Origin: an uncultured delta proteobacterium
GTDB taxonomy: Bacteria; Myxococcota; Myxococcia; Myxococcales; Anaeromyxobacteraceae
Assembly (NCBI GenBank): GCA_963814585.1
Contig: CAWFDF010000003.1
Coordinates: 32,001-96,000, forward strand
DNA: 64,000 bases
Direction: 5' to 3'
Of the stretch, positions 1 through 10,536 are shown one piece after another. The notes under the pieces were generated by a model. The model was not told where the DNA came from. It searched no databases and saw only the letters and a list, made by a program, of their open reading frames with translations. The number at the start of each line of letters is the position of its first letter. Within the stretch, counting starts at the first letter, position 1. A program made the translations under genes and the position numbers.

Positions 1-702
1 TACGCCGACGACATCTTCCGTACCGGGCGCGAGCTGCAGCTGGCGGTCAAGGGGCTGCCCACCGGGCAGCGGGTGCGCCTCGTGGCCGGGGTGGCCGACG
101 TCATCCCCAAGCGCGTGGCCGCGCTGCTGCTGCAGCCGGCGGTGGACGCCTTCCCGGACCTCACGCTGGTCTGCCGCGAGGGGCCGCTGCCGCAGCTCCT
201 CGCCGCCCTGGCGCTCCACGAGCTCGACGTGGTGCTGGCCGACGTCCCGGCCGGCGAGGACGTCAAGGTGAAGGCCTTCAGCCACGAGCTGGGCGGCTGC
301 GGCATGACCTTCTTCGCGGCCCCGCGGCTGGCCGCCCTGCGCAAGGGCTTCCCGCGGTCGCTCGACGGCCAGCCCATGCTGCTGCCCGCCGAGGGCACCG
401 CGGTCCGGCGGTCCCTCGACGGCTGGCTCGATGGGCACGGCCTCCACGCCATCCTCGCCGGCGAGTTCGACGACGGCGCCCTCATGAAGGCCTTCGGCGA
501 GCGCGGCCTGGGGGTGTTCGCCGTGCCCCGGATCATCGAGGCCGAGGTGAAGGACGCGCACGGCGTGGTGGTGCTGGGGCGGGCCGAGGAGGTGCGGGTT
601 CGCTTCTACGCCATCACGGTGGAGCGCCGGCTGCGCCACCCGGCGGTGGCGGCGCTGGCCGAGGCGGCCCGCGGGGAGATCTTCGGGGCTGGCGAGGCAT
701 AG
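1..702 (+). CDS. nhaR: LysR-family activator, NhaR-like (5' end outside window)
   Basis: Frame is open from base 1 (YADDIFRTGRELQ...GVADVIPK...EFDDGALMKAFG...ERRLRHPAV). This matches the NhaR-type substrate-binding domain. Confidence 0.8.
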   Translation, partial: YADDIFRTGRELQLAVKGLPTGQRVRLVAGVADVIPKRVAALLLQPAVDAFPDLTLVCREGPLPQLLAALALHELDVVLADVPAGEDVKVKAFSHELGGCGMTFFAAPRLAALRKGFPRSLDGQPMLLPAEGTAVRRSLDGWLDGHGLHAILAGEFDDGALMKAFGERGLGVFAVPRIIEAEVKDAHGVVVLGRAEEVRVRFYAITVERRLRHPAVAALAEAARGEIFGAGEA

Positions 703-740
703 GTTTTCTCGTTGTTTCGGTCGAACATTATCTATTCGAC
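703..740. promoter_or_regulatory. AT-rich patch, probable promoter/LysR binding region for the downstream operon
   Basis: gttttctcgttgtttcggtcgaacattatctattcgac stands out as AT-rich in GC-rich DNA and contains the inverted repeat GTCGAA...TTCGAC. Confidence 0.4.
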
Positions 741-769
741 GGCAGGCGCGCCGGCCTTAGGTTCTGGTC

Positions 770-1012
770 ATGCGCACCGACGACACCACGACCCTGGACA
801 GGAAGACCTGGCGGCGCCTGGTCGAGCTGCGACTGGCCGGGCGCATCACCCGCGCGGCGCTCCAGCGGCTGGAGGGGCTCCTCCTCCACGACCGGCCGGC
901 CACCCCGGCCGCGGCCCGCTCGCCCCCGCGGCTCACGCTGCTCCAGGGCGGCGGCCAGCCCCCTCCATCGCCACCGTCGCCACCCACCCCCTCACCACGC
1001 GAGGTCGCCTGA
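770..1012 (+). CDS. small hypothetical protein
   Basis: 80-aa ORF with genome-like codon use. Its stop lies just before the htpX start. Confidence 0.5.
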   Translation: MRTDDTTTLDRKTWRRLVELRLAGRITRAALQRLEGLLLHDRPATPAAARSPPRLTLLQGGGQPPPSPPSPPTPSPREVA

Positions 1013-1014
1013 CC

Positions 1015-1936
1015 ATGATGAAGAACCAGCTCAAGACCATCCTCCTGCTCGGTGCCCTGTCGGCCCTGCTCGTCGGCTTCGGCGCCTCCCTCGGCCCAGG
1101 CGCGTTCTACGGCTTCACCGCCCTGGCCCTGGGCATGAACCTCTTCGCCTACTTCTTCTCGGACAAGCTCGTGCTGCGCATGAACGGCGCGCGCGAGCTG
1201 CCCCGCGAGGAGGCCCCTCGCCTCCACGCGGTGGTGGAGGAGCTCGCCACCCGCGCCGGCCTGCCGAAGCCGCGCGTCTTCTTCATCGACGACCCGCACG
1301 CCAACGCCTTCGCCACCGGTCGCAACCCCGCCAGGGCGGTGGTGGCCGTGACCCGGGGCATCACCGAGATCCTGGACGAGCGGGAGCTGCGGGGCGTGCT
1401 GGCCCACGGAGATCGCCCACGTGAAGAACCGCGACATCCTGGTGGCCAGCGTGGCCGCCGGCATCGCCACCGCCATCTCGCACCTGGCCAACGTGCTGGC
1501 CTTCTCCGGGCTCTTCGGCGGCGGGCAGCAGGACGAGGACGGCCACCCCGCCCAGGGGCTGCTCTTCATGATCCTCGCCCCCATCGGCGCCACCCTGGTG
1601 CAGCTCGGCATCTCGCGCTCGCGCGAGTACCTGGCCGACGAGACCGGGGCTCGCCTCACCGGTGACCCGATGGCGCTCGCCTCCGCGCTCGACAAGCTGC
1701 AGCGCTCGGCCGAGGTGGTGCCGGCCGAGGGGTCGCCGGCCACCGCCAGCCTCTTCATCGTCAACCCGTTCGGCGGGGCCCTGGCCGGCCTGGCCCGCCT
1801 CTTCTCCACGCACCCGCCTGCCGAGGAGCGCATCCGCCGCCTCCGCGACCTGGCCCGGGAGCTGGGCTCGCCCCGGCGGGCCGTCCCGCCCGCCGGGCGC
1901 CCCCGCCTCACCGCCACCGTGTGGCGGTCGCCGTGA
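1015..1936 (+). CDS. htpX: zinc metalloprotease HtpX (frameshift at ~1408)
   Basis: NAFATGRNP is present. Removing one G in gcccacggagatcgcccac restores the HExxH motif LAHEIAH. The C-terminal half has SRSREYLADE and FSTHPP. Confidence 0.9.
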
Positions 1937-2076
1937 CCGGCGCCGCTCGCCCGGCCCTCCTCCTCGCCGCGGCCCTCCTGGGCGGCTGTGCCTCGGTGGC
2001 CCCCATGAAGTTCGTCGAGCAGGTCGACCTCCCTCGCTTCATGGGGGACTGGTACGTCCTCGGCGCCATCCCGGCC
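1933..2076 (+). pseudogene. N-terminal fragment of a Blc-type lipocalin lipoprotein
   Basis: Lipobox LLGGC and VDLPRFMGDWYVLGAIP (lipocalin GxW motif), after which similarity stops. Confidence 0.7.
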
Positions 2077-2155
2077 GTCCCGCGCCGGCTGGCCGCGGGC
2101 CACCGGGGGCGCCTGCTGGCCCGCGACGCCGCGCGCCGGGCCGGGCGCTCCGGGC

Positions 2156-4134
<1,979 letters not shown>

Positions 4135-4210
4135 TCATGCCCTTGTCATGGACAAGACGTGGTCGACAGCCTAGAGAAGCCGTGCAGGCCCTCTTCGCCG
4201 GAGACGAACC

Positions 4211-5633
4211 ATGACCAGACAGCTGACCAGGCTTCTTCCCGTGACCGCACTCCTGCTCGCCGCCTGTGGCGCGGAGGTGGCTCCCGATCCCGTCGCGGAC
4301 GCCGCCCCGACCGAGGCCGCCATGGCCGCCATGCGCCAGTCCGCGGACCGCTCGATGGCCACCGCCTACGTGGTGCACGGAATCAACGGCAAGGACCTCG
4401 GGCTCCCCGAGGCGCTGCCGGTGGACGTGCAGGTCGGCGACGCCTGCGCCCTGACCGCCTTCCAGTTCCGGGGCATCGCCGGCCCGCTCTCGCTCCCGGC
4501 CGGCACCTACGACGTGAAGGTGAGGCTCGCCGCCACCCCCGCCTGCTCCGGGGCCGTGGCCATCTCCGCGCCCGGCCTGGTGCTCGACGCCGGCGCCAAC
4601 GTCTCGATCGTCGCCCACCTCGACGACGCCGCCACGCCCGCCCCCACGGCGTCGGTGTTCGCCAACGACGTCACCATCGCCTTCGGGCGGTCGCGGGCCA
4701 TCGCCCGCCACGCCGCCGCCTTCGGTGGCGTGGACGTGCTGGTGGACGGCCAGGTCGCCTTCGCCGACCTGACCAGCGGCGAGCAGGGCACCGCCACGCT
4801 GAGGCCCGGGAACCATGCGCTCGCCATCGCGCCGGCGGGGACCACCGGGGCGGTCTTCGAGAAGGAGCTGCGCTTCAAGCCCTTCACCGTCTACGCCACC
4901 TACGCGGTGGGGACCCCGTCGAAGGGGACCTTCGAGGTGCTGCTGCAGACCCTCCCCATGTCCCGCTGGCCCGAGCGGGTGAAGCCGGCCACCGCCTACG
5001 TCGTCCACGGCATCAACGGCAAGGATCCTCGGCGAGGCCGAGGCCCTGCCGGTGGACGTCGAGGTGGGCGGCAGGTGCGTGCTCACCGGCCTCGAGTTCC
5101 GCGACGTCGCCGGGCCGCTGAAGCTCGCCCCCGGAACCTACGACGTGAACGTCCGCCTGGCCGCCGAGCCCGCCTGCTCTGGCGCGGTGGCCATCGCCGC
5201 TCCGGGCCTGGTGCTCGCGCCGGGAGCCAACGTGTCGATCGTGGCCCACCTCGCCGAGGGCTCGACCGCCACTCCGACCGCGTCGGTGTTCCCCAACGAC
5301 ACCAGCCGGACCCATGGAAAGGCCCGGGTGGTGGCCCGCCACGGGGCCAGCTTCGGCCCGGTGGACGTCCTGGTGAACGGCGCCGTCGCCTTCCCGGGCC
5401 TCGCCAACGGCCAGCAGGCGATGGCCGACCTGAAGGGCGGGACCTACGAGATCGCCATCGCCCCGGCCGGGACCAGCACCGAGGTGTACGCCAGCACCCT
5501 GAAGCTGAAGCCGGGCCGGGCCTACAACGCCTACGCGGTGGGAACGCCGGCGAGCGGCACCTTCGAGGTCCTGCTCCAGGTGACCAGGATCGGCCGTCAC
5601 TGCGACCTGTCGCGCGGCGAGGCGCACGACTGA
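4211..5633 (+). CDS. lipoprotein with tandem DUF4397-like repeat units (frameshift at ~5027)
   Basis: Lipobox LLAAC. Two highly similar halves ([11 protein letters not shown]...[10 protein letters not shown]...GTFEVLLQ) are joined by a one-base shift. Confidence 0.7.
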
Positions 5634-5723
5634 CCCGGAGGTCATCCCGGCGCCCGATCTCAGGCCACACGCGCTCGACAGCGCGGCCTGGAGAGTCGGG
5701 CGGCTGGATGGCGCACCTCTCGA

Positions 5724-5770
5724 CGAGCACCGAGCACCGAGAACCGAGCACCGAGCACCGAGTACCGAGT
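5724..5770 (+). repeat. 7-bp tandem repeat CGAG(C/A/T)AC, 6 full units plus a partial one
   Basis: CGAGCAC CGAGCAC CGAGAAC CGAGCAC CGAGCAC CGAGTAC CGAGT read directly. Confidence 0.95.
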
Positions 5771-5810
5771 GATTCAACCCACGCAGACCACGTCCAAGGA
5801 GACTCACACC

Positions 5811-6296
5811 ATGCAGCTCAAGATCGCTTCCGCCGCAGCTCTCGCCTCCCTCCTCGCCTTCGCCGCGCCGGCCCGGGCCGACCATCACATGGCCAAGGAC
5901 ATCGTCGACACCGCCGTCGCCGCCGGCAGCTTCAAGACCCTCGCCACGGCCCTGGGCGAGGCCGGTCTCGTGGCCACCCTCAAGGGCCCCGGGCCGTTCA
6001 CCGTGTTCGCGCCGACCGACGAGGCCTTCGCCAAGCTCCCCGCCGGCGCGCTCGACAAGCTGCTCGCCGACAAGGAGAAGCTCAAGGCGGTGCTGCTCTA
6101 CCACGTGGTGGCCGGCAAGGTGACCGCCGCGGACGTGGTGAAGCTGACCAGCGCCAAGACCGTCCAGGGCGGTTCCCTCACCATCGCGGTCAAGGGCGAC
6201 AAGGTCCTGGTGGACGGCGCGACGGTGGCGAAGGCGGACGTCATGGCGTCGAACGGCGTCATCCACGTGGTCGACACCGTCCTCATGCCGAGGTGA
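5811..6296 (+). CDS. secreted fasciclin (FAS1) domain protein
   Basis: AAGGAG RBS, signal peptide, [13 protein letters not shown] and [11 protein letters not shown] motifs. Confidence 0.92.
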   Translation: MQLKIASAAALASLLAFAAPARADHHMAKDIVDTAVAAGSFKTLATALGEAGLVATLKGPGPFTVFAPTDEAFAKLPAGALDKLLADKEKLKAVLLYHVVAGKVTAADVVKLTSAKTVQGGSLTIAVKGDKVLVDGATVAKADVMASNGVIHVVDTVLMPR

Positions 6297-6608
6297 CCTC
6301 GCCCGCGGGCAGCCCTCGGCGGGCGCGGGCCTCGACGGACTCATGAGCTGGACGGTCCAGCGTCCCTCCTGGCCCGCCTGCGCCACCTTCGGCGTCATGG
6401 CGATCGTGGCCGGCTCGGACCGGGTGACGGGCTCGGTCAGGGCGATCCCGGACCGCGGCCGCGACGAGTGGCTGTTCCAGCGGTGGGCCGAGATGGACGA
6501 CTGGATCGCCCGATCGAGGGCCGGCGGCGGTCGCGCCGCCAGGTGACCCGCGGAGGCCGCAAGCCCCGGGCTTGCGGCCGGGCCGGCCACCCGGTAGGGG
6601 TTCCCCCC

Positions 6609-7674
6609 ATGCTCGGCATCCTCCTCCTCAACCTCGGCACGCCCGACGCCCCCACGCCGTCCGCGGTGCGTCGCTACCTCCGCGAGTTCCTCTCCGATCC
6701 GCGGGTCATCGACATCCACCCGGTGGCCCGGAAGCTCCTCCTCGAGCTGGTGATCCTGCCGACGCGGCCGAGGAAGAGCGCCGCCGCCTACGCCAAGGTC
6801 TGGACCGGCGAGGGCTCGCCCTTGCTCACCTTCTCGCGGGCGCTGGAGGGCAAGGTGCGCCAGGCGCTCGGGCCAGGGCACCTCGTCGAGCTGGCCATGC
6901 GCTACGGAAGCCCGGCCATCGGTGGGGCCCTGGCCCGGCTGCGGGCCGGCGGCGCCAGCCGGCTGGTGGTGGCGCCCCTCTACCCGCAGTACTCCTCGGC
7001 GGCCACCGGCTCCTCGCTCGAGGCGGTCTTCGCCGCCCTGGCCCGCCAGCACGTGGTGCCGCCGGTCCAGGTCCTCCCGCCCTTCTACGACGACCCGGGC
7101 TTCATCGCGGCCTTCGCCGCGGTGGGCGCCCCGGTGCTGGCGCGCGAGCAGCCGGACCACGTCCTCTTCAGCTTCCACGGCCTGCCCGAGCGGCACGTCA
7201 AGGCCTCCGACCACTCGGGGCGCCACTGCCTCCGGTCGGCCGGCTGCTGCGACGCGATCGGGGAGTCCAACCGCGACTGCTACCGGGCCCAGTGCCACGC
7301 CACGGCGCGGGCTCTGTCGGCCAGGCTCGGGCTCCAGCCCGGGAGCTGGAGCGTCTGCTTCCAGTCACGCCTGGGCCGGACCCCCTGGATCACGCCCTAC
7401 ACCGACCTGCGGCTCGACCGAGCTGGCGCGGGAGGGGAAGAAGCGGCTCTGCGTCTTCTGCCCCGCCTTCGTGGCCGACTGCCTGGAGACGCTGGAGGAG
7501 ATCGGCCTGCGCGCCCAGCGAGCAGTTCACGGCAGCCGGGGGGAGCGGGTCACGCTGGTGCCCTCGCTCAACGCCACCGACGCCTGGGTCGAGGCCCTGG
7601 TCCGGCTGCTGCGCCACACCGCCGGGGCACCGGCCGCGCCCGAATCCCGTGGTGGCGCCGGAGCGGCGCCCTGA
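6609..7674 (+). CDS. hemH: ferrochelatase (frameshifts at ~7419 and ~7516-7545)
   Basis: LLNLGTPDAP, PLYPQYS, LFSFHGLP, FQSRLG and FVADCLETLEEIG motifs. Confidence 0.92.
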
Positions 7675-7678
7675 GGTC

Positions 7679-7750
7679 GACCGGGGCGAGGCGCTCCTCG
7701 TCATCGACACCGCCTCCGAGTGCGGCGTCACGCCCCAGTCCCATCGGTGA
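7679..7750 (+). pseudogene. degenerate glutathione peroxidase remnant
   Basis: DRGEALLVIDTASECGVTPQ resembles the GPx motif GKVLLIVNTASxCGFTPQ. There is no start codon and an early stop follows. Confidence 0.5.
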
Positions 7751-7784
7751 AGGGGCCGCAGGCCGATCCGCTCCATCGCGACGT

Positions 7785-7935
7785 TGACGTCCTCCCAGGA
7801 AGCTGGACCGAGGCGAAGTCGAGCCTGCTCGTTCTCTCGGGGCGTCTGGAGAGAGGCGCCGAGGGTGAGGAGGTCGAGGTTCACGGAGGAGCAGATCGCG
7901 TACGCCCTGCGGCCGGTGGAGGCGGGGACCAGCGT
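7785..7935 (+). mobile_element. left end of an IS3-family element (IRL plus first ~22 codons of OrfA), truncated
   Basis: TGACGTCCTCCCAGGAAGCTGGACC resembles an IS3/IS407-type end. GTG at 7865 gives MRRSRFTEEQIAYALRPVEAGTSV, typical of an IS3 OrfA N-terminus. Confidence 0.75.
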
Positions 7936-8166
7936 GTCCGCGCCGTCGGCGGGTGTTCGCAGCAGGGGCCCGACGATGCGCCGGAAGGCCGGGAGCGACC
8001 GCACCAGGCCGGGGGTATCGGCCCACCCGGGGTGCATGGACTGCACGACGATACCGTCGCCTGACAGCCGCCTCGCCCACAGCTCGGCCAGCGTCACCTG
8101 GGCCCGCTTGGCACGGGCATAGGCGGTCGTCCCGTCGTAGCCATCGACCGGCATCTCCAGCCGCTC
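7927..8166 (-). pseudogene. internal fragment of a short-chain dehydrogenase (DHRS12-like)
   Basis: YDGTTAYARAKRAQV (YxxxK), SMHPGWADTPG and LRTPADGADTLV are present. The Rossmann N-terminus is missing. Confidence 0.75.
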
Positions 8167-8185
8167 GCCGCGGCCCGCTCGCCGC

Positions 8186-8539
8186 TCACGTCAGGTACTC
8201 CTGCAGGTTGGTCTTCCCGAAGCGGCTTCCTCCGATGGCCTCGTGGAGCTGCCTGGCGATGAGCGCCATGACCCGCCTGACGCCGGCGGTCTTCTCCGGA
8301 TCCGTGGCCGGGAGGAGCCGGACGGTGATCTGCCGGTCCTTCTGCGAGAGCTGCACGAAGAAGGCCTGCGAGCGGCCTTCCTCGACCACGACGCAGTCGA
8401 CCAGGGCCGTGCGGCTCGACCGGTTCAGGTAGACATCGACCACCTTGAGGATCTCGCTCCCGCTTCGCACCACCTCGAGCTGGATGCCCTGGCAGGCGAG
8501 CCCGAGATCGAGCGCCTCCTCGATGACGACATGGGGCAT
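8186..8539 (-). CDS. hypothetical protein
   Basis: 117-aa ORF with AAGGAG RBS and globular-looking composition. Confidence 0.75.
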   Translation of the reverse strand: MPHVVIEEALDLGLACQGIQLEVVRSGSEILKVVDVYLNRSSRTALVDCVVVEEGRSQAFFVQLSQKDRQITVRLLPATDPEKTAGVRRVMALIARQLHEAIGGSRFGKTNLQEYLT

Positions 8540-8711
8540 CGGTCGCTCCTTACTCTCTCGTCTTGAGTCCAGTCACGGCCACGACGATGCTGCGCCTCGA
8601 TTCCAGGTGGCCCGGATACTCGCACACGCCGACGCCCTCGGGCGGAAGGCATGGCCGGGCGCGAGCCGCCACCCATTGGACGCCGCCACGAATCGGCCGC
8701 CCCGTGACTCT

Positions 8712-9341
8712 CTAGGCGAGCGGCCAGACCACCAGGACGGCCAGGTCCCAGGCGGCGTGGGCGAGGACCGCCGGCCAGAGCGAGCGTCCGGCGACGCGTA
8801 GAAGTCCCCAGCCGAAGCCGCAGCACGTGGCCACGACGGCCAGCAGGACCGATCCGGACGCCAGGCTCGCTGCCCCGTAGAGGAGCGCCACCAGGGCCAC
8901 CCGGGCCAGGGCCCGGCCGTGGACTGGCCTCGGGCCGGTCTCGGCGGCCGGGTCCGAGAGCGGGCGGCCGCGCCAGACCAGCTCCTCGCAGAAGGAGAGC
9001 AGGACCACCAGCGCACCGAGCGCCGCCGGGCGGTACCCCGCGGAGTTGAGCAGGCCGTAGAGCCCGCGGGTCGCCCCCGGAAGCGTGGGAAAGAGTGGAA
9101 CGAGCGCCCGGTAGAGGCCGTAGGTCGCGCCGACCATGGCCACGCCACCCGCCGCGCCCAGCGCCAGGGATCCGGCGCTGGCACGCAACAGCCTTCGGGT
9201 TCCGGGATCTCCGAGGGCCAGCCTCCCCGCGGCAAGCACCGCCAGGATGGCGAGCGGTGTCCAGCTTCCCGTGAGCCGAACCCACGCGAAGCCGAGGAGC
9301 CAGCAGGCGACGGCGATGGGCAGATCCAGTCGGGGTGACAT
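8712..9341 (-). CDS. CPBP/CAAX-family intramembrane metalloprotease-like protein
   Basis: Multiple TM segments, EELVWRG and a C-terminal HAAWD. Confidence 0.75.
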   Translation of the reverse strand: MSPRLDLPIAVACWLLGFAWVRLTGSWTPLAILAVLAAGRLALGDPGTRRLLRASAGSLALGAAGGVAMVGATYGLYRALVPLFPTLPGATRGLYGLLNSAGYRPAALGALVVLLSFCEELVWRGRPLSDPAAETGPRPVHGRALARVALVALLYGAASLASGSVLLAVVATCCGFGWGLLRVAGRSLWPAVLAHAAWDLAVLVVWPLA

Positions 9342-9372
9342 GGGCTGGCGGACTGTAGCAAGGTGTGGCGCG

Positions 9373-10335
9373 ATGTCCGAGCAGGTCCTCCTCACAGGCG
9401 CCACCGGCTTCATCGGCCAGCACCTCTTCCCCGCGCTGGTGCAGGCCGGCCATCACGTCCGCTGCCTCACCCGCAGGCCCGACCAGTCGCGCGCCCGCTG
9501 GCCGGACCGCGACTGGGTCGGCGGCGACGTCGGCGAGCCGAAGGGCCTGGCGCGCGCCATGGAGCGCTGCTCGACCGCCTACTACCTGGTCCACGGCATG
9601 GCATCGGCGAGGCCCGGCTGGGCCGACGAGGAGCTGCGCTGGGCCGAGGACTTCGCCGAGGCGGCCGGCCAGGCGGGCGTGCGCAGGGTGATCTACCTGG
9701 GGGGCGTGGCGCCTCGCGGCGGGCCCTCGGAGCACCTGCGCTCGCGGCTCGAGACCGGCGGGGTGCTCCGCGCCGGTCCGGTCCCGTGCCTGGAGCTGCG
9801 CGCCGGGATGATCATCGGGGCAGGCAGCGCGTCGTGGACCATCGTGCGCGACCTGGCGGCGCGACTTCCGGGGATGGTCCTGCCCGCGTGGCTCGCGCAT
9901 CGCAGCGAGCCGGTGGCGGTCGACGACGTGGTGGCGGCGCTGGTGGCGGGGATGCGGATCGAGCTCCCTGGCGGCACCTGGTGGGACATCCCGGGCCCCG
10001 AGGCCCTCTCCGGGAAGGAGATCCTGCTGCGGGTCGCCGCGGTGATGGGGCGGCGGCCCATCCTCCTCGACGTCCCGCTCGTCACCCCTCGCCTCTCCTC
10101 TCACTGGATCCGCCTGGTGACCCGTGCCGACTTCGGGCTCGCCCGCGAGCTCGTGGAGGGGCTCACGAGCGACCTGCTCGCGACCCGGCCGGGCTACTGG
10201 GTCGCGGCCGGGCTCCCGGCACCCATCGCGCTCGAGGAGGCGGCCCGCCGGGCGCTCGCCGCCGAGGCCGGGACCCTGTCACTGCGCGGGCAGATCGCCG
10301 AGGCCCTGGCGGGCCTGCTCACCCGGCGCGCGTGA
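9373..10335 (+). CDS. NAD(P)-binding epimerase/oxidoreductase, YbjT-like
   Basis: TGATGFIG, AYYLVHGM, SEHLRSRLE and LSSHWIRLVT motifs. Confidence 0.85.
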   Translation: MSEQVLLTGATGFIGQHLFPALVQAGHHVRCLTRRPDQSRARWPDRDWVGGDVGEPKGLARAMERCSTAYYLVHGMASARPGWADEELRWAEDFAEAAGQAGVRRVIYLGGVAPRGGPSEHLRSRLETGGVLRAGPVPCLELRAGMIIGAGSASWTIVRDLAARLPGMVLPAWLAHRSEPVAVDDVVAALVAGMRIELPGGTWWDIPGPEALSGKEILLRVAAVMGRRPILLDVPLVTPRLSSHWIRLVTRADFGLARELVEGLTSDLLATRPGYWVAAGLPAPIALEEAARRALAAEAGTLSLRGQIAEALAGLLTRRA

Positions 10336-10362
10336 GCCCGCACCCGCCTCCTCCCGGGGCAC

Positions 10363-10438
10363 TCAGGGCCCGCCGGGCGCCAGCTCCAGCAGGATCTCGT
10401 TGGTGCGCAGGAACCAGGGCATGAAGGGCGGGTCGCGG
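10363..10438 (-). pseudogene. C-terminal remnant of a SOUL heme-binding protein
   Basis: The minus strand reads RDPPFMPWFLRTNEILLELAPGGP*, matching the SOUL C-terminal YxPP...RxNE motif. Confidence 0.55.
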
Positions 10439-10439
10439 G

Positions 10440-10519
10440 GGCCACGAGCTCTCCATCGAGCTGGTCCCCTGCGACGCCGGCGCCGCCGACCGCGGGGCCG
10501 AGTCGGAGCGCATCACCGC
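10440..10519 (+). repeat. 80-bp diverged copy of the 3' part of the lipid A acyltransferase gene (24767-24846)
   Basis: Manual alignment gives 73/80 identical bases. Confidence 0.9.
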
Positions 10520-10536
10520 TCGACTGGACGCTCCTC

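Noticed and set aside
6343..6546. 67-aa ORF between fasciclin and hemH
   Set aside because: It has no recognisable motif or clear RBS. It may be another remnant, but I cannot support a call.
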